Under the pieces are notes generated by a model. That model ran no database searches. It was not told the origin of the DNA and saw nothing but the letters and a program-made list of their open reading frames with translations. Both the position numbers and the translations under genes were made by a program. DNA of 64,000 bases from the human T2T-CHM13v2.0 reference genome, Homo sapiens, in the NCBI RefSeq assembly GCF_009914755.1, contig NC_060935.1; one strand, 5' to 3'. Of the stretch, positions 1-11,717 are shown piece by piece; the stretch's first letter is position 1; every line of letters starts with the position of its first letter.

Positions 1-431
1 AAGTGGCTAGTTCAGCTTGCAACTAAAACAACTGCACAAGTTTTCTCCTTGAGCCAACCAGTTTGCTATGCAATGGATGCACTTTATACGCATTCCATTT
101 TGTCACACGGGGTATTAAAAAGATGCACACAAAAAGGTCAAGCTTTAACAAAATTTAAATTTTCACTGCTTCTTCAAGGACATTCAGTGATATTGAAATT
201 TTTTCCCCATTGTTCAATGTGCAGTGGTAAAGAACACAGTGATAACGGTTTGGTGCCACTAACCTGATTAATACTAAGGGGCTAGCATAGTTTTACCCCC
301 ACTGCTTTTGCTCTCAGTGAAGAAGGCAAATAAAGTCTTTGTATAATTATGAACACAGTTTTGACCTCTCAGGCCTTTTGAAAGGGTTTTGGACCCACAG
401 GGATCCAAGGACCATACTTTGAGAACTGCTG
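1..431. mobile_element. hAT-Charlie DNA transposon relic (Charlie1-like), runs off the window start
   Basis: Terminal segment ttttgacctc...ggaccatactttgagaactgctg and upstream ggtttggtgccact...gaaggcaaataa resemble the recalled Charlie1 end. Confidence 0.55.
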
Positions 432-2296
432 CTTTATCTTATTAAGGAATTAGCCAAACAACTGTTAGAGAGATAAAAGTGACCAGCTTACTCTTCTCCT
501 ACTCCTTCAGTTAATCTACAATAGTATTTAAAGTATGGCTAACTTTCATGTTTCCAACCAATATTACCTGGAGAATCTTCGGTATCTTTGGGCATTCCAC
601 AGATGGTGAAGCTGGGAGTAGGGATATTCCCTAGCAGCCTCAATATTGCAGAGGACAATTAGAAACAGCTTATTACAAAGGCAGTATTAAGAATTAAATG
701 GATTTCTTTGTTATTAGTTGTATGACTGAGACCAGGCCACTTAAATCTTCTCAGTTTGTGAGAATCAACTGAAATAATGTGAAAGCACCCTAAAAACTGT
801 GAAGGTCAATACACACTTAAGTTATTATAATCCAAATATTTCAAAGGAAGAAAATGAAAAGGCTGAAGAGATGGGGAGAAAAGGTTAAAAGACTTTTACT
901 TCCATCTCTTCTCCTAAACTAATTAAAAATTTTTGCTTTACCCTAGATTTACCACCCCCCCTTTTATTAAGCACAATTTTCCTTAACTCTTAGTCTTTTC
1001 AAACTAAATACCAATTCCCCTTATTTGCTGAAGTGTCAAGGAGGCAATTTAATTATTCGAGAATCAAAAGTCAATGCCTTGCTATTTAAGTGCAGGGGTG
1101 GGAAAGGGGCAGGGAATACAGACAGAAATATGGAAATCAAAAATAAGTAAAAAAAAAAAAAAAAGTCATTCTGACTAAAAGCATAATCTTTACCTCTCAT
1201 TTACAGGCAATAATTAAACAGGACAGAAAAGTGAGTATTAACCAAATTACTCAGTATGTATTGAAATATATTCCCATAAGACGGAAAGAACTAACATAGT
1301 CTGGGAAAATGGAAAAATATATGGACTTGTCCTTTTCTTTCTTACACGGTTTATAAAGTTCATTAACACACATCTATCTCTCTCCAACTATACAGCAATC
1401 TGTAAGGCAAGTAAAAATTATCAACATTTTACAGAGAAAACTCTGCTTTGAAATCAAAAGATCTGTTAAAGACCTAACTGCAACCACATCTGTGGCTTCC
1501 AGTATCACTACATTAGTAGTTATGTTTTCTATTTATTTAGGGTGGGGAGTTGGGGGAAGCAGCAGAACACTTTTTACAAATTAAATCTTCTATTGAACCT
1601 GAACTATAAAGCATATAAATATACCAAGCAACTTTCAAGTATTTTAGTAATAAAGTTACAACTACTGATAACAATAAATTTGTGTTCTCACAAGTAAACA
1701 TTTAACTTAAGTAAATATGGAAGGAATTCTTTTTAAAAAGCCAGTTCCTTCACAATCAATGACAATCTTTCTCATACATGACACAGTAACAAAAAAAAAT
1801 TCAAATATCTGTACAAAGATAGCAGAACAAATTGTAATTCAAGACCTGCACAAGAATAATTTTGTAATGAAAGATAATGGTGTTAGACTCCAGTTATTAA
1901 AATTATGTGTACATATTTGGGGGTACCCATATTTTTAAATTACAGTTTTAAAATAAGTTAAAACATACTTAAAAATTTAATGCAACTCAAGCATTTTAAA
2001 ACCCCAAAGAATCTTAAGGGTCCATACGAAGCAGTTTGAAAACCATTGCATAAAGGTTTGCCATCACTAATTAACTACTTGATCTCTGCTTAGGATATTT
2101 AAGATAATCAAGTTAAAAACTGCCTTTGACAATCAAAAATATGTAACACAAGAAAACTGATTAACCAAGGCATAATGTAACTAGTGGTCCACAGATAGAG
2201 CAAATACATTTTATTGGCTAAACCATATAAAGTTGCTATTACTTAACAATTTTGACTATAAAAATGAGGCTCATATAGTTCAATCTAGTATTTTTC

Positions 2297-2618
2297 TTTT
2301 TTTTTTTTGTCTTTTTTTTTGAGACAGAGTTTTGCTCTTGTTGCTCAGGCTGCAGTGCAGTGGCGTGACCTTGGCTCACCACAACCTTGGCTCACCACAA
2401 CCTCCGCCTCCCAGGTTCAAGTGATTCTCCTGCCTCAGCCTCCTGAGTAACTGGGACTACAGGCACACGATTCCACGCCCAGCTAATTTTTGTATTTTTA
2501 GTAGATATGGGGTTTCACCATGTTGGCCAGGATGGTCTCGATCTTTTGACCTCGTGATCTGCCCACCTTGGCCTCCCAAAGTGCTGGGATTACAGGCGTA
2601 AGCCACCATGCCCGGTCC
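2297..2618 (-). mobile_element. Alu (AluS-like), full length, with an internal 16-bp tandem duplication
   Basis: Antisense Alu with T tail; 17-bp TSD tcaatctagtatttttc at 2280-2296 and 2619-2635. Confidence 0.95.
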
Positions 2619-5600
2619 TCAATCTAGTATTTTTCATTTTGACAGTATCTTTGTTTATAAAACCATCAAAAAGATGTCAAAATATATGATCATATAACAA
2701 AGTGAAAAGTGCAATAACAATACAAAGATATATCACTATAACTATCTTAACATTAAAAAAGTTTAAATGTTAGATCCTCTAAAGAGCACAAAACTATTCA
2801 TTTAAGTAGCACTAACTGCTCAATACCCAAAGTACATTGGAATATGCCACTTTTTTATTTACTGGAAGATGAGTGGACTGATAATTACCTACCTTCCTCA
2901 ATGCAGTTTGACACATGACTTTTCAAATTAAAGGATTATGTTCTTCTAGTTATCACTAGAATTTCTTCAAGTAAAAGATTAAACTTAAAAACTCGTTAAC
3001 TTTACAAAATAAATAGAAGCATTTCCTCTTTTATTAAAAACTTTACTGAACTACCTCATTGACAATAGAGCAAGTTAGACTTAAGAGTTAGGGATTTCAG
3101 GATAGTTTTGATGGTTAATTTATTTATGGATATGGTTTACCTCTCCATTCTTTTTACTGTCCTAAGGTTACCAAATTAGGTACATTCAATATTTTAATAA
3201 GTCTCTTTATTTTGGAGGATACTAAATCAAAACCGTAAACGGACTTCTAAGAATAAATGTAATTCTCATACAATATATAATTCAATATTCAGGCATTGGG
3301 TTAAACCATATTATTTCATTTGAAGGTGAATTCCATTCCTTGTGAAGTTCCCCTAAAATTCAACACACTGCAACAAATTAAGCCACCTACTGAGAGAATA
3401 ACACTTTCTGTCCCATATAAAGGTGACCCTTCTTCCATCATTATATAGAAATATAAAAGCAAAAGTAATTCACACTGGATGAGCATGAGTTTCATTCTTC
3501 CATTATGAATTAGACTGAACAAACATTCAAAATACTATGACTCACTTGGCTACATTACTGAACACTTTATTAAATGGAAAACAAGATAAACTCTAAGAAT
3601 CACATTTTGAGAGTTATAGATGACTTTTAACTTAGAGTTATATCAACAAGAAAAACATGTCTTTATTAGAAATAAACTTTTCATTGTTATTTTAAGAATG
3701 ATGAAACATTTAAAATGCTACATACTGATTCTCTTAAGAGCACTTCAAAGTGGCACTCTTTAAAAAGCTGCAAATGTTGCCAAGTCATGTTATAACTGGC
3801 TCAAAGAATCCTATTTCCATTAAGTTATTTCATGCCACTGCATGAATCAATATTAAATACCTTGGAGTTACTAAAAACTGGAATACTGGCAGAGATGTGC
3901 TCAGCAATTATAAAATACGAAAATGTGAATACTCTTTTTCCACGTTTCTTTTAATAATGGCTAGAAATGAGGATGTTCTTTCTAGGTAAACAGAAATAGT
4001 TTCCTAAAAGCTAAAGGAAAGATGTAATATCTTAAATGCTAGCAAAGTGTCATGGATCCATAGCCATAGCTCTCTCAAAAGAAAAATGAAATACATTTTG
4101 AAGCCTAATATTACCTCCAAACATTTTATTAGCCTAACAAATTGCCAGAGCCATTAAAAAATTTTTTTATCAAAGTCAATACAGTGCTCTTTTTCCTTAT
4201 TCAATTAAAAAGCATAACTTGCTGTCATTTTAACCAGGCTGCACTTTAATCAAACATGTCTTAAATGACACATTTTTTCATGTCAAAGACATAACATAAA
4301 TTTAAAAATTAAGAAATAAATTTTTTTGAAAGCTAAGTTCAGATGACATCTGGCCCTGCAGTGAAAGAGTTAACATCCAACTAAGCTGATCTGCACTTCT
4401 GATCCATTACATTTCTCACAAGCTACCCTACAATGAGCTGAGCAAGTATCAACTGTAATTTGATCCTAGAGTTTATGGAAAAAAATAACTGCACATACTC
4501 AACATGCACATTTAATAAAAATCTGTTTCAAGAGAAACATATCCAATAAACACAATTTAAGGCATATTTAACTGTTCAATTAACCTCAAATCTGCAATCC
4601 CTTTGCTCTCACGCTCTCAAATAAAATAGGAAGAAAAAAAAAAGCAGCAGCCCTACTGCAGGGAAAAGAGGCTTGAAAAACAACTTTGATTGGCACTTGG
4701 CCTGACCCACAGAGGAAGAAAAACAGTTTTTGGACAAAGAGCGCAAATATTTGAGCTTGCTTACTTATGTGCTTTTTTCTTTCTTCCTTTTTTAAAAAAA
4801 AATGTAGAAAGAACAATCCCAAAGTGAACCGTATTTAGAGATGTTGACTAAAAACGGTACCATATTCATCTCCGCTTTCAGTCCCGATGCATTTGCACAG
4901 CTCAGCAATTTTAATTCATTTGTAGTGAACAAACAGAAGCATCTCACCTAACGTTTCCACTTAATAAAATGTAAAAATAGAGTTTGAATACGAATAAACT
5001 GATTATAATATTACTTTGGGGCAGCTGTTAAAATCTGATCAAAAAGTCTAGAGACCTTTTTTTCATTCCCTTCCCCATCCCTCTCGCCCTTCCCCGCGGG
5101 GCGATTAAGCCAAGTAAGCTAAACAATACTGGAGTAAACTTTCTATCAGTCACTCTAGGAAGCAGCAATAAACTGATGGTGCGCCTCATTTTTCTGGATC
5201 AACACGGGGGCAGGGGGGTGCTAAGGAGGAATAACCCACATCCACCTCAGTCTTCTCCCCCAACCCCAGCCTCAGGAACTGGCCAGGTCGAATTGCATTT
5301 CCCATGGGCATAAAGTTCAAGATGCTTTACTGGTTCCTTTCGAGACTGAACTACAGACACAGGACTACCATCCAAACAATTTGAAAACGGGGGTTGTTGA
5401 GCAAGGCGCGCAAGGCAGAAGCAACCGAATAAACAAAAACAACACTCGCAAGAGTTAGCCACAGCAAAGAGGGGCCAGGTTCCTCGGGATCCGACCCAGC
5501 TGCTCTGATTTCACACCGACCTCCATCAACAGCTAAACTGCACAGGGAGGAGGATCGAACGGATCCCTCCCGCCCTCCGCCCAAGGAGCCGACCCGGGGT

Positions 5601-5893
5601 AGCAAGGTAGGGAAATGAGCCGTAAAGGAGAGCAAAGGCACCAAATAAAAGGAACAAGGGAAGAAAAAATATCCCAACCCCTCCAGACTTGGGTCTGTCC
5701 CGGCGGAAATAAAAAGCCGCAGTAGTCCAAACCCTCCTGCCCTCAACCCACGCCCCCTTTCTCAGTCCCTGCGGAGGGACGGTGCCCGGGGATCCCTCTC
5801 AGCCTCCCCCAGTGCGCGCCCGGGGACGAGCCGCCCGAGCCCCGGCCGGCAGGAAGCGACCCTCGCCGGCAGGACCCCGGGCCGAACCCGTAC

Positions 5894-5971
5894 CTTCCGC
5901 AGCACTTTCCGGCAGTTGGTACAGAGCAGGTAGTTGGCGGCGGCCGACGGGCTGCCGCCGCCCCGGTTCAT
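5894..5971 (-). CDS. SESN3: Sestrin-3, coding part of exon 1 (26 codons, phase 0)
   Basis: Translation [26 protein letters not shown] matches the recalled human SESN3 N-terminus; Kozak-like GCCACGATG; donor AAG|GTACGG directly after codon 26. Confidence 0.95.
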
Positions 5972-6340
5972 CGTGGCTGCGGGCGCCGAGGCGAGAGCGG
6001 GCGGAGGGCCGGGTCCGGGCTGTCACTGCGGCCACTGCAGGGCCGGTCCGTCCCCCCGCCGCCAGCCGCGATTCCGCCTCAGCCTCCTCAAGGCGGGATG
6101 TCGGGAGGAGAGGCGACTGCCTGAAAGCTAGCGGCACTGCCAGAGGCGACCACCGCGGCAGCTGCCCCAGCGACGGCGGAGACGGCGGCGGCTGCTCCTC
6201 ACCGGCCCGTTGTTCCACCCGCCCCCATCTTCCAGACCCCCGCCCCCGCCAGGCTAGGACGAGCAGCCGCCACCGCTGCCACCGCCACCACCGCCGCCGC
6301 AGCGCCTCAGTGCGGCCCCGCCTCCGCCGCCCCACCACCT
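5972..6340 (-). other. SESN3: SESN3 5' UTR (GC-rich; TSS approximate)
   Basis: Lies between the ATG and the CCAAT/GC-box cluster; contains a GGC/GGT triplet-rich tract at 6266-6350; the upstream boundary is inferred. Confidence 0.65.
6199..6228 (-). CDS. Putative uORF MGAGGTTGR* in the SESN3 leader
   Basis: ATG GGG GCG GGT GGA ACA ACG GGC CGG TGA; context GGAAGATGG (-3A, +4G); only upstream ATG found in 5972-6360; translation not shown. Confidence 0.5.
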   Translation of the reverse strand: MGAGGTTGR

Positions 6341-6359
6341 TCACCACCTCCACGCTCCG

Positions 6360-6645
6360 GTACCGCCCCTCCCGCCAATCGGACAGCTCCGGCTACGCCC
6401 CCAGGGCGCTAGCCCGCAGCCAATGAGCAACGAGAGCCCGACTGGGAGTCGCGCCGGCCAATCGCAGGGGCCGAGGAAGCCTTGAATCTCCGGGCAAGTT
6501 AAGTTTATCTCCGAGGCTCGGAACTGAAGGGAGGTGGCGGTTAGCTAAGTAGTAGGGTAGCAGGGAACAGTTTGCTCTCCTCTGCCAATAAGAGGACGAG
6601 GGTGTGTCATATGCAAATATACTGCCCTCCAAGCCCCACCCCCAA
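6360..6645. promoter_or_regulatory. SESN3: SESN3 proximal promoter: CCAAT (NF-Y) boxes, GC/KLF boxes, octamer
   Basis: CCAAT at 6375, 6420 and 6458 in NF-Y-like context (GCCAATCG, AGCCAATGA, GGCCAATCG) plus 6585; CCGCCC at 6363; ATGCAAAT at 6611-6618; CCCCACCC near 6634; no TATA box. Confidence 0.8.
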
Positions 6646-7123
6646 GATAAGCTACGCCCCCTTCTCTAGGTCCCTGCAGAAGTGGTGAGGAGAATGAGAT
6701 AAATAGTTGGGAGCTAGAGCTCGCTAGAGAGTCTAAGATTGAGCTAAATATTTCCTGATCTCTCGAGAAAGGGGGAGGGGAGTGGGAGGATTAAATGTTC
6801 CTTCCTTCAGGGCAGTGGTTAGGCTTTCTCTCCACCAAAATCTAACTTTAGCTGTAAAGAAGACTGCAGTTATGTAGTACTTTGTATCCAGGGATCTCAA
6901 AGAACTTTACGCATCATTTATTGTGAACCTTGTTTTGCAAAGATTTCAGTTACTTGAGGCTTGGGAGGCGGATAGGGGATAAATGTCTGAGTTATATATA
7001 TATTTACGCAAGTAATCGAGTTTGAGGGGAGAGACACAAAACCTCTGGTTTAGCGGTTTCCTCTTGTTTGTGAAGCACCTTCTAGCAGTTATCTTAGAGA
7101 TGTAAGTTCATTTACTTGTCCAG

Positions 7124-8600
7124 CACTAAAAGGCCAAAGGGGCTTGTTTTCTCACCCAAAAGACCTTCCTGAGGCAGCTGTTCGGATACATGCAGAGCAC
7201 AGCGCCCTGCTCAGAAAGGAAGGTTCAGAGAACAAATTGTCGTTTAAAACTATTGGGACAAACCTACCTCTTCTAAAGCTTAAAATGGTAAGTCAGGGTT
7301 TTAGCGTCCACGTTCTGCGGAGAGAAGGCAGACTTGACTGGGGAAAGCGCAGGCTGACCGAGTGTGGCGGGACAGACGGGTAGGGGAGCCAGGTCTCCCG
7401 AAGGGGCTAGCAATGCGCGTCCGAGTCGAATGCGGGTTCCCGATGCTAGACGCCCGCAACCTGCTCCCGAGTGAGAACAAAGGCCGGCGCAGAGCGAGAA
7501 CCTGATTGGTGCCCGGTCCTCACTCGTGTCCTCCGGGCCCCAGAGATAACTTGCATCGCCTACTGGCAAGGAGCTCTGTGCTCACTGGAGCCCAGCTCCC
7601 CACCCGGCCATGGCCGTGGCCACAGGACTGTGCATTATGACATCACCTGTTTTCGATTTTTAGAACCTAATCAGTATTCTCGGCTTCTCCCTTTTTAAAG
7701 GTCTCCAGCGTACCAGGATTTGTGAAGGCCTGAAGTTCGTAGAATGAAATCTATGTGGAGATGATTTAAAAGAACGGTTTCACTGGTTTGCATTTCTTTC
7801 TTTTCTTTTTAATTAAAAAAAAACAACAACCCTGGTTTCCTTAGGGATTCAGGGTGGTGTTATGCAAAATCGGAAAGGTACACTTGGAGGAGCTAGCAAG
7901 TTTAGCATATCAAAGCTATTAGACCAATTTGTGCGGTTAAAACTGCCATTCTCATTTCTCAACAGCTGTCTCCTCTCTGTCCCTTTTTAGAGACCAACAC
8001 ATATAAACCAAGTCTACACAAGAAACAAAGGTAATGGAAATCTGCTAGTATCAGGTTTAAATAGATCAAAATAGAGTAGAAAACCCCAAAAGGGTCTAAG
8101 TTATGTAGTTGGGTAAAGGTGTTGATCTATTTAGCCAGTGTTAGCTAAAGGTCGCTTGATGCTGTGTAGACATACATAACTAAAGAGCAATGAATGGTGT
8201 GGGGAAGGTGCTTAAGATTCAGTTAGAAGAAACTGTAAAAGCAAGTAAATTCAGAAAAGGAGGGAATTACCACATGCCCTTCGATGCAGAGAACCAAGAA
8301 ATGCAGGGAGAAAGTCAGCAAGGCACAGTTTTTCTAAGAAACACATATGTGTCCCCATTTAGTGGTAAATTTCTTGGGCTATATTCCTGGCTGGTTCTGG
8401 CTTTTAAAGCAGATTTTATGTGAGTACATTTTAAAGGAAAGGAGAAATTGAAGGATGAAGTGAATTTTTGTGCAGATTGAATTTTCTCAAATAGAATTTT
8501 AAATTCATATTGTTTTCTAGCACATTCTTCTTATAACCTTTTCTTTTCTTTTTTCACTTGACAGCTAAAATCCTTTCGAAATGAGTTCCTTTAAGTTCTT
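7124..8600 (+). ncRNA. Candidate divergent spliced lncRNA (possible exons 7124-7287, 7966-8030, 8565 onward)
   Basis: Acceptor tttacttgtccag|7124, donor ATG|GTAAGT at 7288, acceptor ctcatttctcaacag|7966, donor AAG|GTAATG at 8031, long polypyrimidine acceptor ...cacttgacag|8565; no convincing ORF. Confidence 0.35.
7268..7650 (-). promoter_or_regulatory. Second CpG-rich patch; candidate alternative SESN3 promoter or non-coding first exon
   Basis: CpG cluster at 7300-7620, ATTGG at 7505, minus-strand donor GAG|GTAGGT at 7267; I recall a SESN3 variant with an upstream first exon, but the boundaries are inferred. Confidence 0.45.
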
Positions 8601-9847
8601 CAGTAACTAAATCCTCCAGAAAGGAAAGCCGAGAGAATCTAGTCCTATACAATAACACCCTCTAACAAAGATCGCTAAAGGAAGATTTTAGTAGATGAAT
8701 ATCTTCAATAATACATGGTCACATACATGTATCTGACCATATGATGGCTCTCTGCACCAAATTCCTCCAAACTATTATAATATGTATTGTCTGTAGTGCT
8801 ATTTATTTGGCAGTTAATCATGTATTACATTGTGACATTTCTTACAGTGAACCATTATGTATGTGTTTATGTTCTGCCCTCAACTACTCAATGCCAGTAC
8901 CTTATTCTTAACACAGCAACCACCCTTTCTGGTCTGTCCTCACACCCTCATTCCCATCATAGTTATTCTCCTCTCTCATGGAAATGTTCAGTTTCTGGAC
9001 ATCTCCTTTCTCTTCCATTCTTCACCTGACCTTCCTTCCTTTCTTGGCCAGCCTGAATATTATAAAGGGAATTTTATTTCAAACCCAGGATCGCACTTAA
9101 GAGGAAAAGAAACAAAAGCCAGTTCTTTTTATTGCACATAGAACAAGGAGAAACTCCACCCCTTTTGTTGTCTGGTATGTTTAAAACAAGAAAGAACTTT
9201 AGAAAAGTAGGATATGAGTGAAAATTACAACCAATGTTGAGAACTACTTTTTAATTTTTTATTACAAAATTAGGATGATACTTCATTAAACATTGTACAT
9301 CATTTCAAAACTGTTATCTCATAATCATGTTGCTTGTTTTGAATTATTCTTTTAAAGTGTAATTTTTTTAAGCAAAGAATCCATAAAATTACATGGCTTG
9401 GATGTACCATAACTTACTTAATCCTTATGCTATTGTTTAATATGTGGGTTGTTTCAGATTTTTCATGATTGTAAATAACAAAATAAACTTCCTTATACTT
9501 AAGTTTCTGGCAGAATCTCTGATTCCTAGGCCTGGAATTTCTGAGTAAAAGGGTATACATATGTCTTAAGGCTCATGGTGCAACTTGCTATAATATTTTG
9601 TGGAAAGATTTGAATAAGAACACAGGTGAGAGCAATCATTTGAAAGCTATCATTCTGCATAAGGCCCATCAGTATTCCACCTACCTCTACCTTAATCCCT
9701 TTCCCTTCTTCCTTCTGCCTGGTGAATATCTTCTGTTGAAACACTTCCTGAATCAAGCACTTGTCCAAGCATCCATAGTGCCCCTCTATACCTCTTCTTT
9801 ACCAAAAAGCTCACTAGGGAAATGGTAGGTTTAACTCCTGTTTTCTC

Positions 9848-9945
9848 ATTAGACTTCAAACCCCTTGAAGGCAGGGATAGAGTAACATTTACTTTGTATC
9901 CTTGGCTCCTAGCTCAACTGATAGGGAAGTGCTCAAAAAAATTTT
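9848..9945 (+). mobile_element. L2 3'-end fragment
   Basis: tagact...ccttgaaggcaggga...cctagc...gtgctcaa pattern of the L2 terminus. Confidence 0.55.
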
Positions 9946-10819
9946 GGAGAAAGTAATGAGTTTCACTCTTTATAAAAGCACCCCAATAAATGTGAATTGA
10001 ATTGTTCAGAAAAATCCACTGCTTTGAAGCAGAGAGATTAGGCTCATGTTCTTACCTGTCACCAATCCTTCTCTGACATTGAATGTATTAACTATTATGG
10101 GTTGGGCATCATTCTCTCTTTTATCAAATGAAAGTTGTTACCACAAACCAGAGGTGTAGGAAGGGTTGAAGGAAAATTTTTGTGTTTAGCATGTTTGATT
10201 GAAGTTACCCTGTTAATAATATGCTGTGACTTTGGACTTGAAATTGTTTACTTCTTTAAATATTCTCATTCTATTGACCAAAGAACTGAGTTCCTCTATA
10301 GTTTCAAAATAAGGAGTTAATTGAGAAAAATCAGTTACTAAAGATATTTTTAAAACTCCATTTCTTGAGACAATAGGTCACTTTCTAACATTTTGCCTCT
10401 TCAGGCCTCTTTTTCTTTCTCAAGGGGACACCCAAAGCATTTGGATTGCTGGGAAAGTGCTGCATTATTTACACATTTGCAAATACTGTAATTTGTTTCT
10501 TGCACAAAGGAATTTACACTTCACACAATTGTAAATTGATTGCTCCCTCAGAGCTGTTAATTAGATTCCTGCTATTTTTTTCTAAGGCCCAAGACCAATA
10601 CTACTCCAAAGGAGAAATAAGAGGATCTGTTCTCAAAAGGCCACTACTTTAGTTCCCACCCCATTCCACCTCTTCAATCACCCACCTCCACTAAGATTAT
10701 TCTTATCGAAGCTCATTTTTCAAAAAACAAATATTCCACCAGGACCCAAATTCCTGTCAGCTTGCTCTTCTAACATTTCAGATCAGAGTTTTCTGTATTT
10801 AACCCCACTATAAAGCAGA

Positions 10820-11175
10820 CTACAAAAGGCCTACAGATGTGAAGGGTGTGGTTTATTTGTTTGGCTTGCACAAAGTCAGCCAGCATGATGCTTTTTAAAA
10901 AATTTTTGAATTGCTTTCAAATATTCCCAATTCAGGATTTTTTTTTTAAACCAAAAATCTAGATTTCCATTTTCTTTAGAAAAATTGTCAGATCTGGTTA
11001 CACTGGGCTTATATTCCCACAGGGCAACCATCTGTCAAGCTCACTACTGGCTATTTGGTTTGGACATGCACTCTTCTGTTTACTAAGGTCCCTGCCACTC
11101 CCTAGGGGTTATAATTTTGCCATTTTATTTACATTATCTTCTTGCCCTTTGTAGGGATTTGAATTTGCAACCTCC
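10820..11175. mobile_element. Old DNA transposon relic (MER102-like)
   Basis: cagatctggtaacactgggcttatattcccacagggcaac resembles recalled MER102. Confidence 0.4.
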
Positions 11176-11364
11176 ATAAACCTTCTCCAGCATCTAAATT
11201 ATTGATCTGTTAGTTATCACTGTTAACTTTATCAGAGAACACTAATTAAAAATAAATTTGTCACCTCTTTACTATAACAAAAGGAAAGGGGTCACATGCA
11301 AGCAATATTGTGATGTATGATGTATGATGATGTCAGGTACCCTGAAAAAAAAATATATGTATAT

Positions 11365-11717
11365 TGATATGGTTTGGCTGTGTCCCCACCCAAATCTCAA
11401 CTTGAATTTTATCTCCCAGAATTCCCACGTGTTGTGGTAGGGACCCAGGGGGAGGTAATTGAATCATGGGGGCTGGTTTTCCCCATGCTATTCTCGTGAT
11501 AGTGAGTAAGTCTCATGAGATCTGATGGGTTTATCAGGGGTTTCCACTTTTGCTTTTTCCCCATCTTTCTCTTGCCATCACCATGTAAGAAGTGCCTTTT
11601 GCCTCCCACCATGATTCTGAGGCCTCCCCAGCCATGTGGAACTGTAAGTCTAATTAAACCTTTTTATTCCCAGTTTCGGGAATGTCTTTATCAGCAGTGT
11701 GAAAATGACCTAATATA
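11365..11717 (+). mobile_element. THE1 (THE1A-like) MaLR solo LTR
   Basis: Begins tgatatggtttggctgtgtccccacccaaatctc; about 350 bp; attaaa signal; ends ...gaaaatgacctaata; followed by a (TA)n tract. Confidence 0.92.

Larger units (their letters stand above)
1..5893 (-). other. SESN3: SESN3 intron 1 (5' part; continues beyond the window start)
   Basis: Follows the donor AAG|GTACGG at 5893 on the minus strand; no further SESN3 coding exon recognised in 1-5893. Confidence 0.9.
5480..6560. promoter_or_regulatory. SESN3: CpG island covering the SESN3 promoter and exon 1
   Basis: Very high GC and CpG density against AT-rich, CpG-depleted flanks; contains the start codon. Confidence 0.92.

Noticed and set aside
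5762-5893. Continuation of the 69-aa SESN3 ORF past codon 26
   Set aside because: Read-through into intron 1 beyond the GT donor; does not match the recalled protein (which continues DKRIR...)
5782-6426. 214-aa (+) and 184-aa (-) ORFs over the CpG island
   Set aside because: Non-ATG starts and Arg/Pro/Ala/Gly-rich composition expected from stop-poor GC-rich DNA
10050-10058. Minus-strand donor CAG|GTAAGA as a far-upstream SESN3 exon
   Set aside because: Isolated motif expected by chance, with no associated promoter or acceptor evidence
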